This document shows positions 20,117 to 30,844 of a stretch of DNA of 64,000 nucleotides, in pieces. The notes below the pieces were generated by a model. That model saw only the letters and a program-made list of their open reading frames with translations. It had not been told where the DNA came from and made no database searches. Source of the stretch: an uncultured Solirubrobacterales bacterium (GTDB lineage Bacteria; Actinomycetota; Thermoleophilia; Solirubrobacterales; Solirubrobacteraceae); contig CAWEVQ010000010.1 of NCBI GenBank assembly GCA_963812595.1, positions 101,050-165,049 on the forward strand. Reading direction: 5' to 3'. Made by a program: the position numbers and the translations under genes. Position 1 is the stretch's first letter, and each line of letters begins with the position of its first letter.

Positions 20117-21285
20117 GTTTCGAGTCTGATGCGCTCGCTGTTGGTCCGTACCGCTCCTTCTTTGGCATCGACTTCATACCTGGAGGAGTACTGTCCGTTG
20201 GCCGGGTTGGCGGGCCCGATATACCTGAATTCGAGGCTGCATGACGTATTCACTTTCAGGATCACCGTCGGTTTGCATTCCGTTGCCCCTTCGAGATTGG
20301 CCCCAGGGTCCACCTGTTCAAAGGCCGGTTCGATTCCCAGCCCTCCCATACCGTTGATCGTGAGCAGAAATTCCCCGAAGATTTCGATGTTTTTCCCAGC
20401 AGTCCCTTCCACCCGGACCACGCATCTGTCGGCGGCTTCTTTGAAGATGCAGGTTTTGGTGCCGGCCCCGGCGCGTCCTTTGATTTTGGTCGCCCTGATC
20501 CGGGGGCCTTTGCCCTCGCCAAATTCTTCGCCGCTGGCCAGCGCGACTAACGCTGTGCCTTCGATTTTCACCGCTTCTTTGGTGGACGTCAGAAGTTCTT
20601 TGACCGACACTTCCGAGCCTTTTTCTTCTTTGACTAACCAGTCTTTGGCAATCGCCGTGGAGGGGAAGTTGACCAGCACCGACTTTGTTTCGTCCGGTTC
20701 GTTGGACTGCGTTATTTTGGCTCCTAGTTCTTCGTCGTTGGGATCGACGAGCACTTCGCTGGCGATTTCACCTTCCACCACGGCTTCTTTGATCGTGCAT
20801 TTCGATCCTTCGAAGAGCAGCGGCATGAATTTCGTCCCGCTCACGGGTTTGAACTCCATCAGCAGCGACCCTTTTTCGCCTTTTTCGGATTCCACCAGCT
20901 CTGAGCTGATCGCGCTCGAGACGAGCGGTTCTTTGACTTTGCATTCGGTGCCGTTGCCTTCGACTGTGCAAGCTCCCGAGAGTTCGATAACCTCGTGGTC
21001 GGTGCCGGGGTTACCCGCTTTCGAGCCCCCGATCGAGCCTTCTTTCAGTTTGATCGTAGAGCACGAGATTTTCTTGGAGCCCACTGTGAGCACGAAGCCC
21101 GAGTGAGCTTTTGTTTTATATGTTTTCGCCGTGATTTCGCGAGTTTCGCCGGCTGCCAGCCGCGCACCTTCCACCGACCAGAACGGCGCTTCTTCGGCGT
21201 GCGCCACCGTCGCGGCGGCGCAGCCGAAGGCAAACACCGCCACCTGGGCGGCCACGATGCTCTTTATTTTGGCGTAGTTCATCAT
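20107..21285 (-). CDS. Secreted Cys-paired, beta-rich hypothetical protein (lower GC)
   Basis: 392-aa ORF, AGGAG RBS, signal peptide ending AHA, Lys/Glu-rich. Confidence 0.75.
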   Translation of the reverse strand: MMNYAKIKSIVAAQVAVFAFGCAAATVAHAEEAPFWSVEGARLAAGETREITAKTYKTKAHSGFVLTVGSKKISCSTIKLKEGSIGGSKAGNPGTDHEVIELSGACTVEGNGTECKVKEPLVSSAISSELVESEKGEKGSLLMEFKPVSGTKFMPLLFEGSKCTIKEAVVEGEIASEVLVDPNDEELGAKITQSNEPDETKSVLVNFPSTAIAKDWLVKEEKGSEVSVKELLTSTKEAVKIEGTALVALASGEEFGEGKGPRIRATKIKGRAGAGTKTCIFKEAADRCVVRVEGTAGKNIEIFGEFLLTINGMGGLGIEPAFEQVDPGANLEGATECKPTVILKVNTSCSLEFRYIGPANPANGQYSSRYEVDAKEGAVRTNSERIRLETVA

Positions 21286-21614
21286 TATCTCCTACTTGTT
21301 AGGGTTAGCCTGCCGTGGCCACTGCCCACAGCGCCACGCCCCGAGAGCCCAACACGAATGCGCCCGGATGTGGGCTGCCTCCACCACGGCAGGGGATCCC
21401 TTGGTGACATTGCGGGCCGATTGCGGGCCGGAACGTGTGCAGAGGACACGCGAATCGTCAGGAATCGCCACAGGCGATGTCCTGCGGCAGTACGGTAGAA
21501 CTGTTTTCGATTCCGTTGGGGTTCGTGGGCCCTTAGCTCATGAGGGTGCTAACGCAATGGGGGTGCGGCCGGGTGGTCGAACGTCGGCGCCAATGTGCGC
21601 GGGCGGTTGGCGGC

Positions 21615-22310
21615 TCAGCCCCCCGGCTCGGTCTCCATCAGCCGCCGCAATCGCGCGCGGGCGCGCTGGGCGACCTTGCGGTACTTCTCGTGCGACCAGC
21701 CGAAGCGCTGGCAGAACTCGGCGCGGCCCATACCGAGCGTCACCTGACAGGCGAGCACCAGCCGCTGGTCGGATGTCAGGAGGGGCGCGAGCCGCGCGAC
21801 CGCGCGCAGCTGATGACGGTGCGCGACGAGCGGGTGGATCTCGGCGCGGGGGTCGGCAAGCTCCAATTCCCGCTCGTCCGGGCCGCTCCACGGGAGCGCG
21901 CTCTCCAGGTGGGTCTGCAGCGGGCTGCGGCCGCGCACCGCGCGGCGGCGGTCCAGCACGCGCGAGAGGAAGCGCTGCTCGAGTGCGTTGGCGACGTGTT
22001 CGCGGCTGGCGAAGCGGTGGCCGCGGGCGCCGCGCGCGAGCAGCTCGCAAACGGCCTGGCTGAGGCAGTCCTCCAGGTCCTCGCGCCGCAGCATCTGGCG
22101 GTAGGCGCGCAGCATCCCCTCGCGCCGGGCGTGCGCGACGAGCGCGATCTCCTCGGCCGCCGCCCTGCCGCCCAACCCAGGTGCGCCCCCTCCAGCCGCG
22201 CCCCGATCGAGCGGGTCGGCGGCGACGCAGCCGGTGCGCGGGCGAGACCTCGGCGAGGATGGGGATGGCGTTGGAGGCGCGTATCGGGTAGACACACAGA
22301 CATGTCGCAC
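21615..22310 (-). CDS. ECF-type sigma-70 family factor (start uncertain)
   Basis: EDLEDCLSQA...LDRRR region 2; LTSDQRLVL...FGWSHEKYRKVAQRARARLR region 4. Confidence 0.7.
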   Translation of the reverse strand: MRHVCVSTRYAPPTPSPSSPRSRPRTGCVAADPLDRGAAGGGAPGLGGRAAAEEIALVAHARREGMLRAYRQMLRREDLEDCLSQAVCELLARGARGHRFASREHVANALEQRFLSRVLDRRRAVRGRSPLQTHLESALPWSGPDERELELADPRAEIHPLVAHRHQLRAVARLAPLLTSDQRLVLACQVTLGMGRAEFCQRFGWSHEKYRKVAQRARARLRRLMETEPGG

Positions 22311-22423
22311 CCAATCACTGGAAGACCCCCCTCCAGATTTGCGCCGTTGCGAGCACCTACGGCGATAGGGCCACGCCGCCCAATTGCCAGCGCCATCGAC
22401 CCCCCTCCCCCTCCTCCAAAAAA

Positions 22424-23380
22424 ATGACCTTCAACGAGCGCCTGCAGACAGTCGACAGCTTCCAGCAGCGCCACCGCGGGCTGAGCTTTTTCGCGGCGGT
22501 CGTGAAGAAGTTCGGCGACGACGGCGCCGGCCGGCTGGCGGCGTTGATCGCGTACTACGGCTTCTTCGCGCTGTTCCCGCTGCTGCTGGTGTTCGTCACC
22601 GTGCTCGGCTTCGTGCTGGAAGGCAACAAGAGCGCCCAGGAGAGCGTGCTGGACTCGACGCTCAAACAGTTCCCGATCATCGGCAACCAGCTGCAGCACA
22701 ATGTCCATTCGCTCACCGGCAGCGGCGTGGGGCTGGCGATCGGCGTGGTGGGCTCGCTGCTGGCGGGCCTCGGCATCACCGGCGCGGCGCGCACCGCGTT
22801 TGACGAAGTGTGGCATGTGCCCCGCAAGCGCCGCCCCAACTTCCTCGCGTGGCGGCTGCGCGGGCTGGGCCTGCTGGTGACGCTGGGCACACTCACGATC
22901 GTCTCCACCGTCGTCGCCGGCTACGTCACGGCCGCCGCCCCCAGCGCGCTGACGGCGCTCGCGGGCGTGGTGCTGGCGCTGGCCGCCAACCTGCTGCTGT
23001 TCTTCTGCGCGTTCCGGCTGCTCACGACGAGCGAAGTACCCACGCGCGAGTTGCTCCCCGGCGTCGTGGTGGCCGCGGTGCTGTGGCAGATCCTGCAGCA
23101 CCTCGGCGGCTACTACGTCGAGCACGTGGTGCGCCACGCGAAGGAGACCTCCGGCCTGTTCGCGTTCGTGCTGGGGCTACTCTCGTGGCTGTACCTGGGC
23201 AGCCAGGTGACGCTGTTCGCAATGGAGATCAACGTCGTGCGCGCGCGGCGGCTGTGGCCACGCAGCTTCTTCTCCGCGCCGCTGCTGGACGCCGACCGGC
23301 GCGCGCTCACCTCGCTCGCGGAGGTCGAGGAGCGCCTCGACGAGGAGAACGTCGAGGTCAGCTTCGAGGACGATGGGTGA
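22424..23380 (+). CDS. YihY/virulence factor BrkB family membrane protein
   Basis: AALIAYYGFFALFPLLL and GLLSWLYL...EIN motifs. Confidence 0.9.
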   Translation: MTFNERLQTVDSFQQRHRGLSFFAAVVKKFGDDGAGRLAALIAYYGFFALFPLLLVFVTVLGFVLEGNKSAQESVLDSTLKQFPIIGNQLQHNVHSLTGSGVGLAIGVVGSLLAGLGITGAARTAFDEVWHVPRKRRPNFLAWRLRGLGLLVTLGTLTIVSTVVAGYVTAAAPSALTALAGVVLALAANLLLFFCAFRLLTTSEVPTRELLPGVVVAAVLWQILQHLGGYYVEHVVRHAKETSGLFAFVLGLLSWLYLGSQVTLFAMEINVVRARRLWPRSFFSAPLLDADRRALTSLAEVEERLDEENVEVSFEDDG

Positions 23381-23422
23381 CGCCCGCCGAGCTTGTCAAG
23401 CTGGGTTTGAACGTCGCCATCG

Positions 23423-24334
23423 TCACGACTCGCCGGGGAACGTCCCGCTGACGCAGATGATGTACTGCGGCGCCGCGGAGCTCCCCTGGCTGTGCGGATC
23501 GAGATAGCTCAGGTTCGGCAGGCCGAAGTTCGTCGTGCCGTTGCCGCCGTAGCTGATCCCGACGAGGCTGAACAACGCCGTGTTGCCAGAGATCGGGATC
23601 ACCCGCCCGTCGGCCGGCAGCCAGTTGTTGGCGTACACGACACCGGCATCGAGGACGACTTCCCCAACCGTGCATGTCGCGCCCGTGTCGTTGCCCTGAC
23701 CGAAGGTCAGCGAGGAGTCGCCGAAGTTCCCCGAAGGCTCGAAGGCCGAGGCCGAGCTCCCGCCGAGCTCCGCGCTGTTCGCCGCTGTTCCGGTGCTCGT
23801 CAGGTATCCGGAGGCCGCGACGCCGCCGAGCTCCGAGCTATCGGCTGCCGTTCCGGTGCTCGTCAGATACCCAGAGGCGGCAACCCCGCCCAGATCCAAG
23901 CTGTTCGCCGCCGTGCCGTCGGTGGCCAGGTAACCGGAAGCCGGGACGCCGCCGAGGTCCGAGCTGTCGGCAGCGGTGCCGTCGATCGGGAGGTAGCGAG
24001 AGTCGCTCTCGGCCTTCGTGTAGGAGTTGCCGGTTTCAAAGGTTCCCGTCGGCCCGGTCGGCCCCTGGACTCCTTGGGGGCCCTGACTGCCCTGGGCTCC
24101 AGCCGCGCCCGCCGATCCGGCCGGGCCGGCCGGGCCGGCGACGTTCCATCTGATCATGCGCTCGGAGGGCTTGCAGCTGCCCTCGCGGAGCAGCCGCATC
24201 GCGCCGGTCTGGTTCGACACGCACGCCCTGAGAACACCTGTCGGCGTCGCGGAGGTCACGGCATAGGCGCTGCCACCAAGGGCAACGAACAGCGCAAGAT
24301 AGGCAGCCACCGTCGAGTGGCGGGGAAGTCGCAT
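23423..24334 (-). CDS. Secreted collagen-like, repeat-containing protein with C-terminal phage tail-collar domain
   Basis: ALFVALGGSAYA signal; GXY triplets; 21-aa GTAADSSELGGVAASGYLTST repeats; WLPADG...NTALFSLVG..YGGNGTTNFGLPNL collar motif. Confidence 0.75.
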   Translation of the reverse strand: MRLPRHSTVAAYLALFVALGGSAYAVTSATPTGVLRACVSNQTGAMRLLREGSCKPSERMIRWNVAGPAGPAGSAGAAGAQGSQGPQGVQGPTGPTGTFETGNSYTKAESDSRYLPIDGTAADSSDLGGVPASGYLATDGTAANSLDLGGVAASGYLTSTGTAADSSELGGVAASGYLTSTGTAANSAELGGSSASAFEPSGNFGDSSLTFGQGNDTGATCTVGEVVLDAGVVYANNWLPADGRVIPISGNTALFSLVGISYGGNGTTNFGLPNLSYLDPHSQGSSAAPQYIICVSGTFPGES

Positions 24335-24448
24335 CGGAGTCCTTTCGCAAGATTCTGTCCGTCGGCGCACTATCGGTCGCGAGAGCGAAACCATGGCGAT
24401 TTTCCTTGTCGGCTAGGACAGCCGTCCGGAACGCTGGCCGGAGTCGGC

Positions 24449-27400
24449 CTACCGTTTCTTGCGCTTTGCGCGCTTCCCACGCTTGTGCTTGTGCTTGGTG
24501 CCCTTGCGCGCCTTCTTCTTCGTGGCCTTCTTGTGCTTGGGGCAGCCGGTGACGGCGATCTTGGTGGTTTGCTTGAGCTCGGCGCCGTTCTGCGCGATGA
24601 ATTCGGTGGGTATCGTGAGTTTCTTCGCGGTGCAGAGGTTCCCGGCGGTGGTGAGCGCGGAGTACGGACCCTCGGGGAGCGTCAGTTCGAAGCTTGTGAC
24701 GGGCTGGTCGGGGACCGTCTTGAACGTGCTCGACGTGACCCCGGCTTTGCTGATGAACGTGTCGCCGACCAAGTCGATCGTGACGCCGTAGCCCTGCAAC
24801 ACCACGATCAGGTTCGGGAACGCTTCGCCGCCGTTTGAGACGAAGTACGCCGGGCCTTCCAACGGAACCGGCACCAGCGGCGTGATCGCCTTCGCATGGC
24901 CGACGATCGAAGCGGCCGGGCAGCCGGCAGGGTTCGCGTCGAACTGCGCTGCGGTGCACGCCTTCTGCAACGTCGTCAACCGCGACGGCAGCTGCTTGGG
25001 GAGTTCGACTTTGACCAGCTTGATGTTCGCCTGGCTACCAAACGGCGCGGTTGGATACGTCAACTTCGCGCTCAAGCTCGCGCCATCCGCCCGGCTGGTC
25101 TTCGCGGACGTCGAGACCGCGAATTTCGGGGCGAACCCCAACGACGCGCAGTTCGTGACCTGAAACGGCGTTGAAATCGTGCTCGAGCCGCCTTCGCTGA
25201 GCTGCACCGTGCCGGTGAGCGACATCTTCGAGCAGTTCGTCGGGTTGAACTGGAAGTTCCCACGGGTGGTCGTCGCGTTGACATGCTGGATTTCCAGAGG
25301 GATACCTTCGATGCTCGTCGGGATCGAGTCCGGTGAGCCGGGCGGGTCCGTGGTGATCGTGATCGCGCTGGTGATCGGGTCCAGTTCGATCTTGCCGCGG
25401 ACGACCACGCAATCGCACGCCGGATGGTTGTTCTTCGTGTTCGCCAGGTCGAACGGGCCGGCCTTCGCGGGCACCTCGAACGTGATACCGAACGGCGCGC
25501 ACCCGGCCGTGCCGACCGTGCAAGCCACCGCTGCCGTTGTACGGGCCGGTGAGATAGAACTTCCCGCCGGTGACCGTGAACGGCTGGTTGCCGACACCAA
25601 CACCGATCGTCGCTTCGCCGACCTTGCTGTTTTCCCCGCACAGCCCTTCATTGGCCCGCGGTTCGGGGCACAGTTCGACACCCGTCAGCACACCCGATAG
25701 GCCAGGCGGTAGTTTCGCTTCGACGGACTTCAGGTTCTGTTCGCCGTCTTTGCGGTTCAACGTCACCGTCAACGGCGAGAACGCACCCGCCTGGACGTTC
25801 GTCGCACCCGCGTTCACAGTCGGGCTGAACGGCAGGGTTGCACCGGGACAGGGGCCGCCACCGGGACCGTGGTCGATGTTGAACGAGGATTCCGAGGTCA
25901 CGGGACCGTTGCCGTCCCATGGCGTGAAGACCGCGGTCGTGGTGTAGGTCCCGCAACGCGTCGGTGTCGCCAGCGGCGCGCGTTCGCCACCGAAGAAGTG
26001 CAGTTCGAGGTTTTCAAACGGCACGTCGGGCGTGTTCTTGAACGTCGTGACGATCTGCCCCGTCTGGGGGTTCAACGACACTTCGCCCGCGAGCTTGATC
26101 ACGCTCCCCGAAAAGGGGTCTTCCGCGACGATATACATCGCTATCAAGCTCCCGAACGGGTTGTTGTCCTGCGCCGCCAGGTACACCGAGCCTTCCAGTT
26201 CATGTTCGAGCAGCGGCGTCTTTATCTTCACGGTAGCCGACCTTCGAACCGTCCGGACAGAAATTGGACCCCGGCGCAAGCGGGCTCGCGACTTCCGAGG
26301 TGAACGTGTTCCACTTCACACCCGGTTCGTATTCCTTGTTCAGTTCTTCCTGGCCCTTATAGCCAATCTGATCGCCAGGGCTACCAAGCGCGCCCGCTGC
26401 GAGCGCTGCCGGTTCAGAGGTGCACGCTTCAAGGCCATCGCCACCCGACGGGTTGATCGCGACCCCTTCGGGGAGCGTCACCGTCGTGTCACGCAGCGCC
26501 GACTCCGCCAGGCCGTTGGGGTTCAACGCGGCGGTCTGCGGGACGTGGACATTCACCGTCAGCCCCGAGGACGTGCTGGCGTCGCTGGTGTCCGGCGAGA
26601 CGCTGATTTCCGCCGGGAACTTGAGCTTCGAGCAGCCCGTCAGCGACGACGGGCGTGCCCGCGGCGTTGTGCGTGACCGTGCTCTTCTTCGCCCAGTTGC
26701 CCGGTTCCTCCCACGACTCGGCTTCCATCGTCGAGCTCAGCGGGCCGTGGCAGCCGGTCGGCATCGTCAGGAAGGCTTTGTCGCCGCCGATTCGTCCCCT
26801 TTCGTAGAAACCTACTCCTCCTGTGCTGTTTCGTGGCACCCAGCATTCGTACTTACCGGTTGCATCCAGCTGCAACCTCACGCAGGGGATAAGAACACCG
26901 AAGAGTTCCGCCTTGCTACTGATGACGGGCGCCGACGTCGGCGCTTCCGTCACCGTCACCTGCACGGGGTAATTGCCGCCCGCGAGAACACCGTTATTGA
27001 TATACAGCAGGGGCAGGAGGAAATTGGTGCCGAGCTGCAAAGCCACGCCGCGCACGGGCGCCATGGCGAAGAGGGTGCTCTCGAGGAACGCTTGACGCTC
27101 CTGGTTCTCTGACCATTTCAGGTGCAGTGTGCCCACGGTCGATTCGGGTGGGCACAGTTTTCAGCCAAACTATTCTCAGCGCAAGTCTTGTCCGGTGCAG
27201 TGCTCGGAGGGCGCATTGGGGTCGCCGACGAAGCCGGGGGGCAGATCGATCTTGAGATTCCGCAAGACGCCGTTGGGCAGGCGAATGTACGGTGAGTCAG
27301 CGTTTGATTCCACGCGCTTGAAGTGCGAGTTCAGCGTCGAAGAGGTCGACGAACTTGTACGGGTGCGAGCCCGCCTGCGTGTCGGGCGTGCCGTCTTCGT

Positions 27401-28878
27401 TTTGGAAGCTGATTTCATAGCTCTTGATGCCGAAGCCGACGCCCTGCGTCGCGAGCATACCGCTGGCCTGCTCCGCGCCGTTGGCGTTGGTCGCGATCAG
27501 GCGGAAGTGGTAGAGTTCGCCGGGCTACGAGGCCTTCGAGCTGCGCGGAGACCGCCACCGGGCTGCTTCCCGCTCCGATCTCGGCCGGCGTCTGCTTGCA
27601 GGGCACGCTGTGGTTGTAGGGGCCGTTGCCGAATTCGTCGGTGAGGCCGTATTCGAACTTGCATTCGCTGACGGCGACGCCGCGCGGATCGACCGTGCCG
27701 CTCAGGCTCGCGGCTTCCCTGGTCACGTCCGTCGGTTCGCCGGCCGTCACGGCCGGGGCGTCGCTGCCGAAGACGTAGACCTTGCGTTCCCGGTTTTGCG
27801 CCGGGGTTTGAGACGTAGATCTCCCCGCTCTTGCCGTTCGACGGCGATCCCGCCCTGGCCCGAGGTCCCCGAAAGTTCGGGCGAGCCGAAGCGCGCGACG
27901 AGCGTGCCAGCGCTGATGCCTCCGTTGCTGTTGCGGTTCATCGCGCCCGTGTCCCACTCGGCCACGGAGGACTGATCGTCCGCGTAGAGGTGGCCGGTCG
28001 CGGGGTCGACGGCCACCGCGACGTCGCCCGCTTCGCCGTTCAGGCCGTCCACGCTACCGAGCGGGGAGAGCTTCTGCCCGACCTTGACCGTACACGAGCA
28101 CGACGGTTCGAACATCGGGTAGTCATCGCCCGTGGCGGAGACGGCGAAGCCGTGGGCGCTTGGGGGTGTCGGAGCACCGGGGATGCCCGAGCCGCCGCCA
28201 GCTTCGTCCTCTGCTTCCAGCACCTGGCGAGCGATGAGATGATTCACGGCCGCGCCGTCGAATTCGTCGATCAGCAGCACGATGGCTGGTCGGACGCCAG
28301 GTCGACGTGCACGGTGCCGCTCCCGTCAACGCCCAGCCCCAGCAGTTCGCCTCCGAAGCCGCCGATCTGGCTCAGGTACCTGCCTTCGGGGCTGAACTTG
28401 TCGATCACGCCGTGGCCGGAATCCATCACGTACAGGTCGCCGGCCGAGGGGTCTGCAGGATTGGTCGAGTTATCGACCGCGATCGCCGCAGGGCTGCCGT
28501 ACAGCGAGGGGAACGAGAACGATTCGGCGGGCGTGTCAGCTCCCTCGAGTGTGTTCCCTGGATGCTTCCTTGGAGCCCGCGGGGAAGTCGAAGTTGACCG
28601 GGGTGCCATTCGCGTCGAACTTGTAGACCGTGTTCGTCGTGCCGATGTCGGCGACGTACACGTCGCCGGTCGCTTCGTCGACCGCGATCCCGTTCGGGTT
28701 CGAGAACGCTTCTGTCGCACTGTGGCCGAATTCATGCAAGACCGGGTACGCTTCGCCGGCGAGCGCCGGGGAGGCTGAGAAGGCGAGGGTGGCGAGGATG
28801 AGTGCGAATGCAAGTACCAGAGGTTGCTTAACCAAGCCACGTCGAGAGAGGCCAGTTTTGTGGACTTGATGGTTGTCA
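24449..28878 (-). pseudogene. Module 1 gene B: large secreted NHL/Fn3/beta-sandwich protein, multiply frameshifted as assembled
   Basis: ORF fragments in several frames are colinear with intact paralogs 37732..42081 and 55489..59853; indels may be sequencing errors. Confidence 0.75.
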
Positions 28879-30844
28879 GGAGAGTAGCCCGAGGGGATTG
28901 CACCCTCGGGCTCTCGCAGAACCGTGCGTGATGATCTCCCATCACACGGCTCCCATCATCCGGTTGTTGGCTTGCGCAGTTGGCCGCCAGTGGGCGAAGA
29001 GGTTTGGTTGGCGCGTCTGCACGCTTCCCAGGAACTTCCTCGTCCTTTCGTGGCGTTTGCGCAGTCGCTTGTACTTCTGCATGGCCCAGCGCACCAAGTA
29101 TTCGTCGATGCGTCTGAGAAACCGGATCAGGACGGACTGGTAGAAGCGCCCGTAGTAATTGATCCAACCCTGCACGCGCTTGTTTGTTGCCCGTGCGAGG
29201 TCCGTGAGGGTCTTCCCGCTCCATAAGTGCAGCCTCCATCGCTTGATCGTTTTGCTCATCGCCTTCATCGCGTCGTCACTGACGGCCGGGAGAAAGTTGA
29301 CGCACACCTTGCCGTTTTTTCTCCGCGAGCGTCGAGGACGAAACGTGTACCCAAGGAACGTGAACTGCTCGTGCTCATAGGAGCCTTTGCGATCATCGTC
29401 TTTGCAATACACGATGCGGGTCTTGCGTGGGTTTACTGCCACGCTGCAATCCGCCATCCGCTCGGCGACTCTGCTACGCACGAATCGCGCTTGGCGCTCA
29501 CTCTTACAGTGCAGGACCACATCATCTACATAACGCTCGAACGGGATGGTCGGGAACTCCCGTGACATCCACATATCGAACGAATAGTGAAGATAGATGT
29601 TTGCTAATACAGGCGAAATCGCCGAACCCTGAGGGGTCCCACGATCCCGTGCTACCAAGGTGCCGTCTCCATTATCCAGCGGCGCAGTCAGCCACCGCTC
29701 GACATAGAGAAGGATCCACCGCTGATCGGTATGGGCAGCCACCGACTTCAGAACGAACGAGTGATCAACGGAGTCGAAAAACGATTGGAGATCAAGATCA
29801 ATCGACCAGTCATATTTCCAACACCGTTCCCGGCATACCCCCAGTGCGTCATGTGCCGAGCGACCGGGCCGATAGCCATAAGAGTCGGGGTGAAACAACG
29901 GCTCCACCTTCGGCTCTAGATACAGCGCTGCGACCTTTTGCGCGACGCGATCGGCAACAGTGGGAATTCCGAGCGTTCTCACTCCTTGCCCGTGCTTCTT
30001 CGGTATCTGCACCGCCCTCACCGGTGGCGGCATATAACTCCCCGACGACAGCCTATTCCACAGAACGAACAGGTTATTCTTTAGATCCTGTTCGAACTCC
30101 GCAATCGACTCCCCGTCGACACCCGCAGCACCGTCTTTGGCCCTGACAAGCTCCCAGGCTTTCCAGACAACCTGCTTTGAGATACAAAACGGCTTTACCT
30201 CTGACTTTGACTCAACCATTGATTCCTCCCACCAACACCGCGTGGTTGACCGACGACCAAGCCTGGATGACCCGTCCGCTTCGCTCCAGCCCCATTACAG
30301 GACCTTCAACGCTACTACCGGACGGTCCGCCCCTGCGCCTCGCATCGGTACTCTTATCCTTACGGGTGCAACCGCTTGGAATTCTCCCGTATCCAGCCAG
30401 CCGCAGGCTATAAGCCACTAGCTGACCATCCCGCGACACAACAGGTTCCCGCCTTCCGCGTAGAAGCCCAACCCAAGCTCGCGCCACCTTCATGCCGGAC
30501 ACCACCTGGCCAATAGGCAGGCTCCCGCCAGGCCCATCCCGGTCACAAGTAACAATGCCGGTTTTGATGTCGTCTAAAGGATTTCGACACGTCATCGGTG
30601 GTTCACTCACGTTCGCCTTCTTGGGTCATACCTGCCGCGCTCGAAGGCGCGACATTTCCGCAACGCTCAGCACCCCGGCTCTTGACCGGCGCACCTTGCG
30701 GTGGTTTGCGGCCTCCCCCTGCAGGGCGACCACGGAGGACCACCAGTCCCAAAGGACCGGCCCCTCCATCATCTACGCAGCACCGCCTCATCGCAGCACC
30801 AACCTTCTACGTCCGCTGCTTTGATTTGGCGTTAAACGGCACAC
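28879..30844 (-). mobile_element. Group II intron (bacterial class D/RmInt1-like), 1966 bp
   Basis: 5' GTGTG; domain V GAGCCGTGTGATGGGAGATCATCACGCACGGTTC; domain VI ending CTACTCTCC; removal restores GGCAAGTAA|TGACAACC, matching the intron-less paralog near 59880-59905. Confidence 0.92.
28942..30219 (-). CDS. ltrA: Group II intron reverse transcriptase/maturase (no endonuclease domain)
   Basis: GAAGVDG, LGIPTVADR, GTPQGSAISP, YVDD, FLGY, GWINYY; 425 aa. Confidence 0.95.
   Translation of the reverse strand: MVESKSEVKPFCISKQVVWKAWELVRAKDGAAGVDGESIAEFEQDLKNNLFVLWNRLSSGSYMPPPVRAVQIPKKHGQGVRTLGIPTVADRVAQKVAALYLEPKVEPLFHPDSYGYRPGRSAHDALGVCRERCWKYDWSIDLDLQSFFDSVDHSFVLKSVAAHTDQRWILLYVERWLTAPLDNGDGTLVARDRGTPQGSAISPVLANIYLHYSFDMWMSREFPTIPFERYVDDVVLHCKSERQARFVRSRVAERMADCSVAVNPRKTRIVYCKDDDRKGSYEHEQFTFLGYTFRPRRSRRKNGKVCVNFLPAVSDDAMKAMSKTIKRWRLHLWSGKTLTDLARATNKRVQGWINYYGRFYQSVLIRFLRRIDEYLVRWAMQKYKRLRKRHERTRKFLGSVQTRQPNLFAHWRPTAQANNRMMGAV

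Noticed and set aside
22400-22426. C/T run plus A7 before the yihY start as a phase-variation tract
   Set aside because: Short, single occurrence; homopolymer lengths are unreliable in this part of the assembly
23423-23700. Prophage inferred from the tail-collar domain
   Set aside because: No capsid, terminase, portal or integrase genes; the protein has a signal peptide
28942-30219. RT as a diversity-generating retroelement or retron driving variation of A/B
   Set aside because: It has group II intron ends, domains V/VI and a maturase domain; no TR/VR pair differing only at adenines was seen
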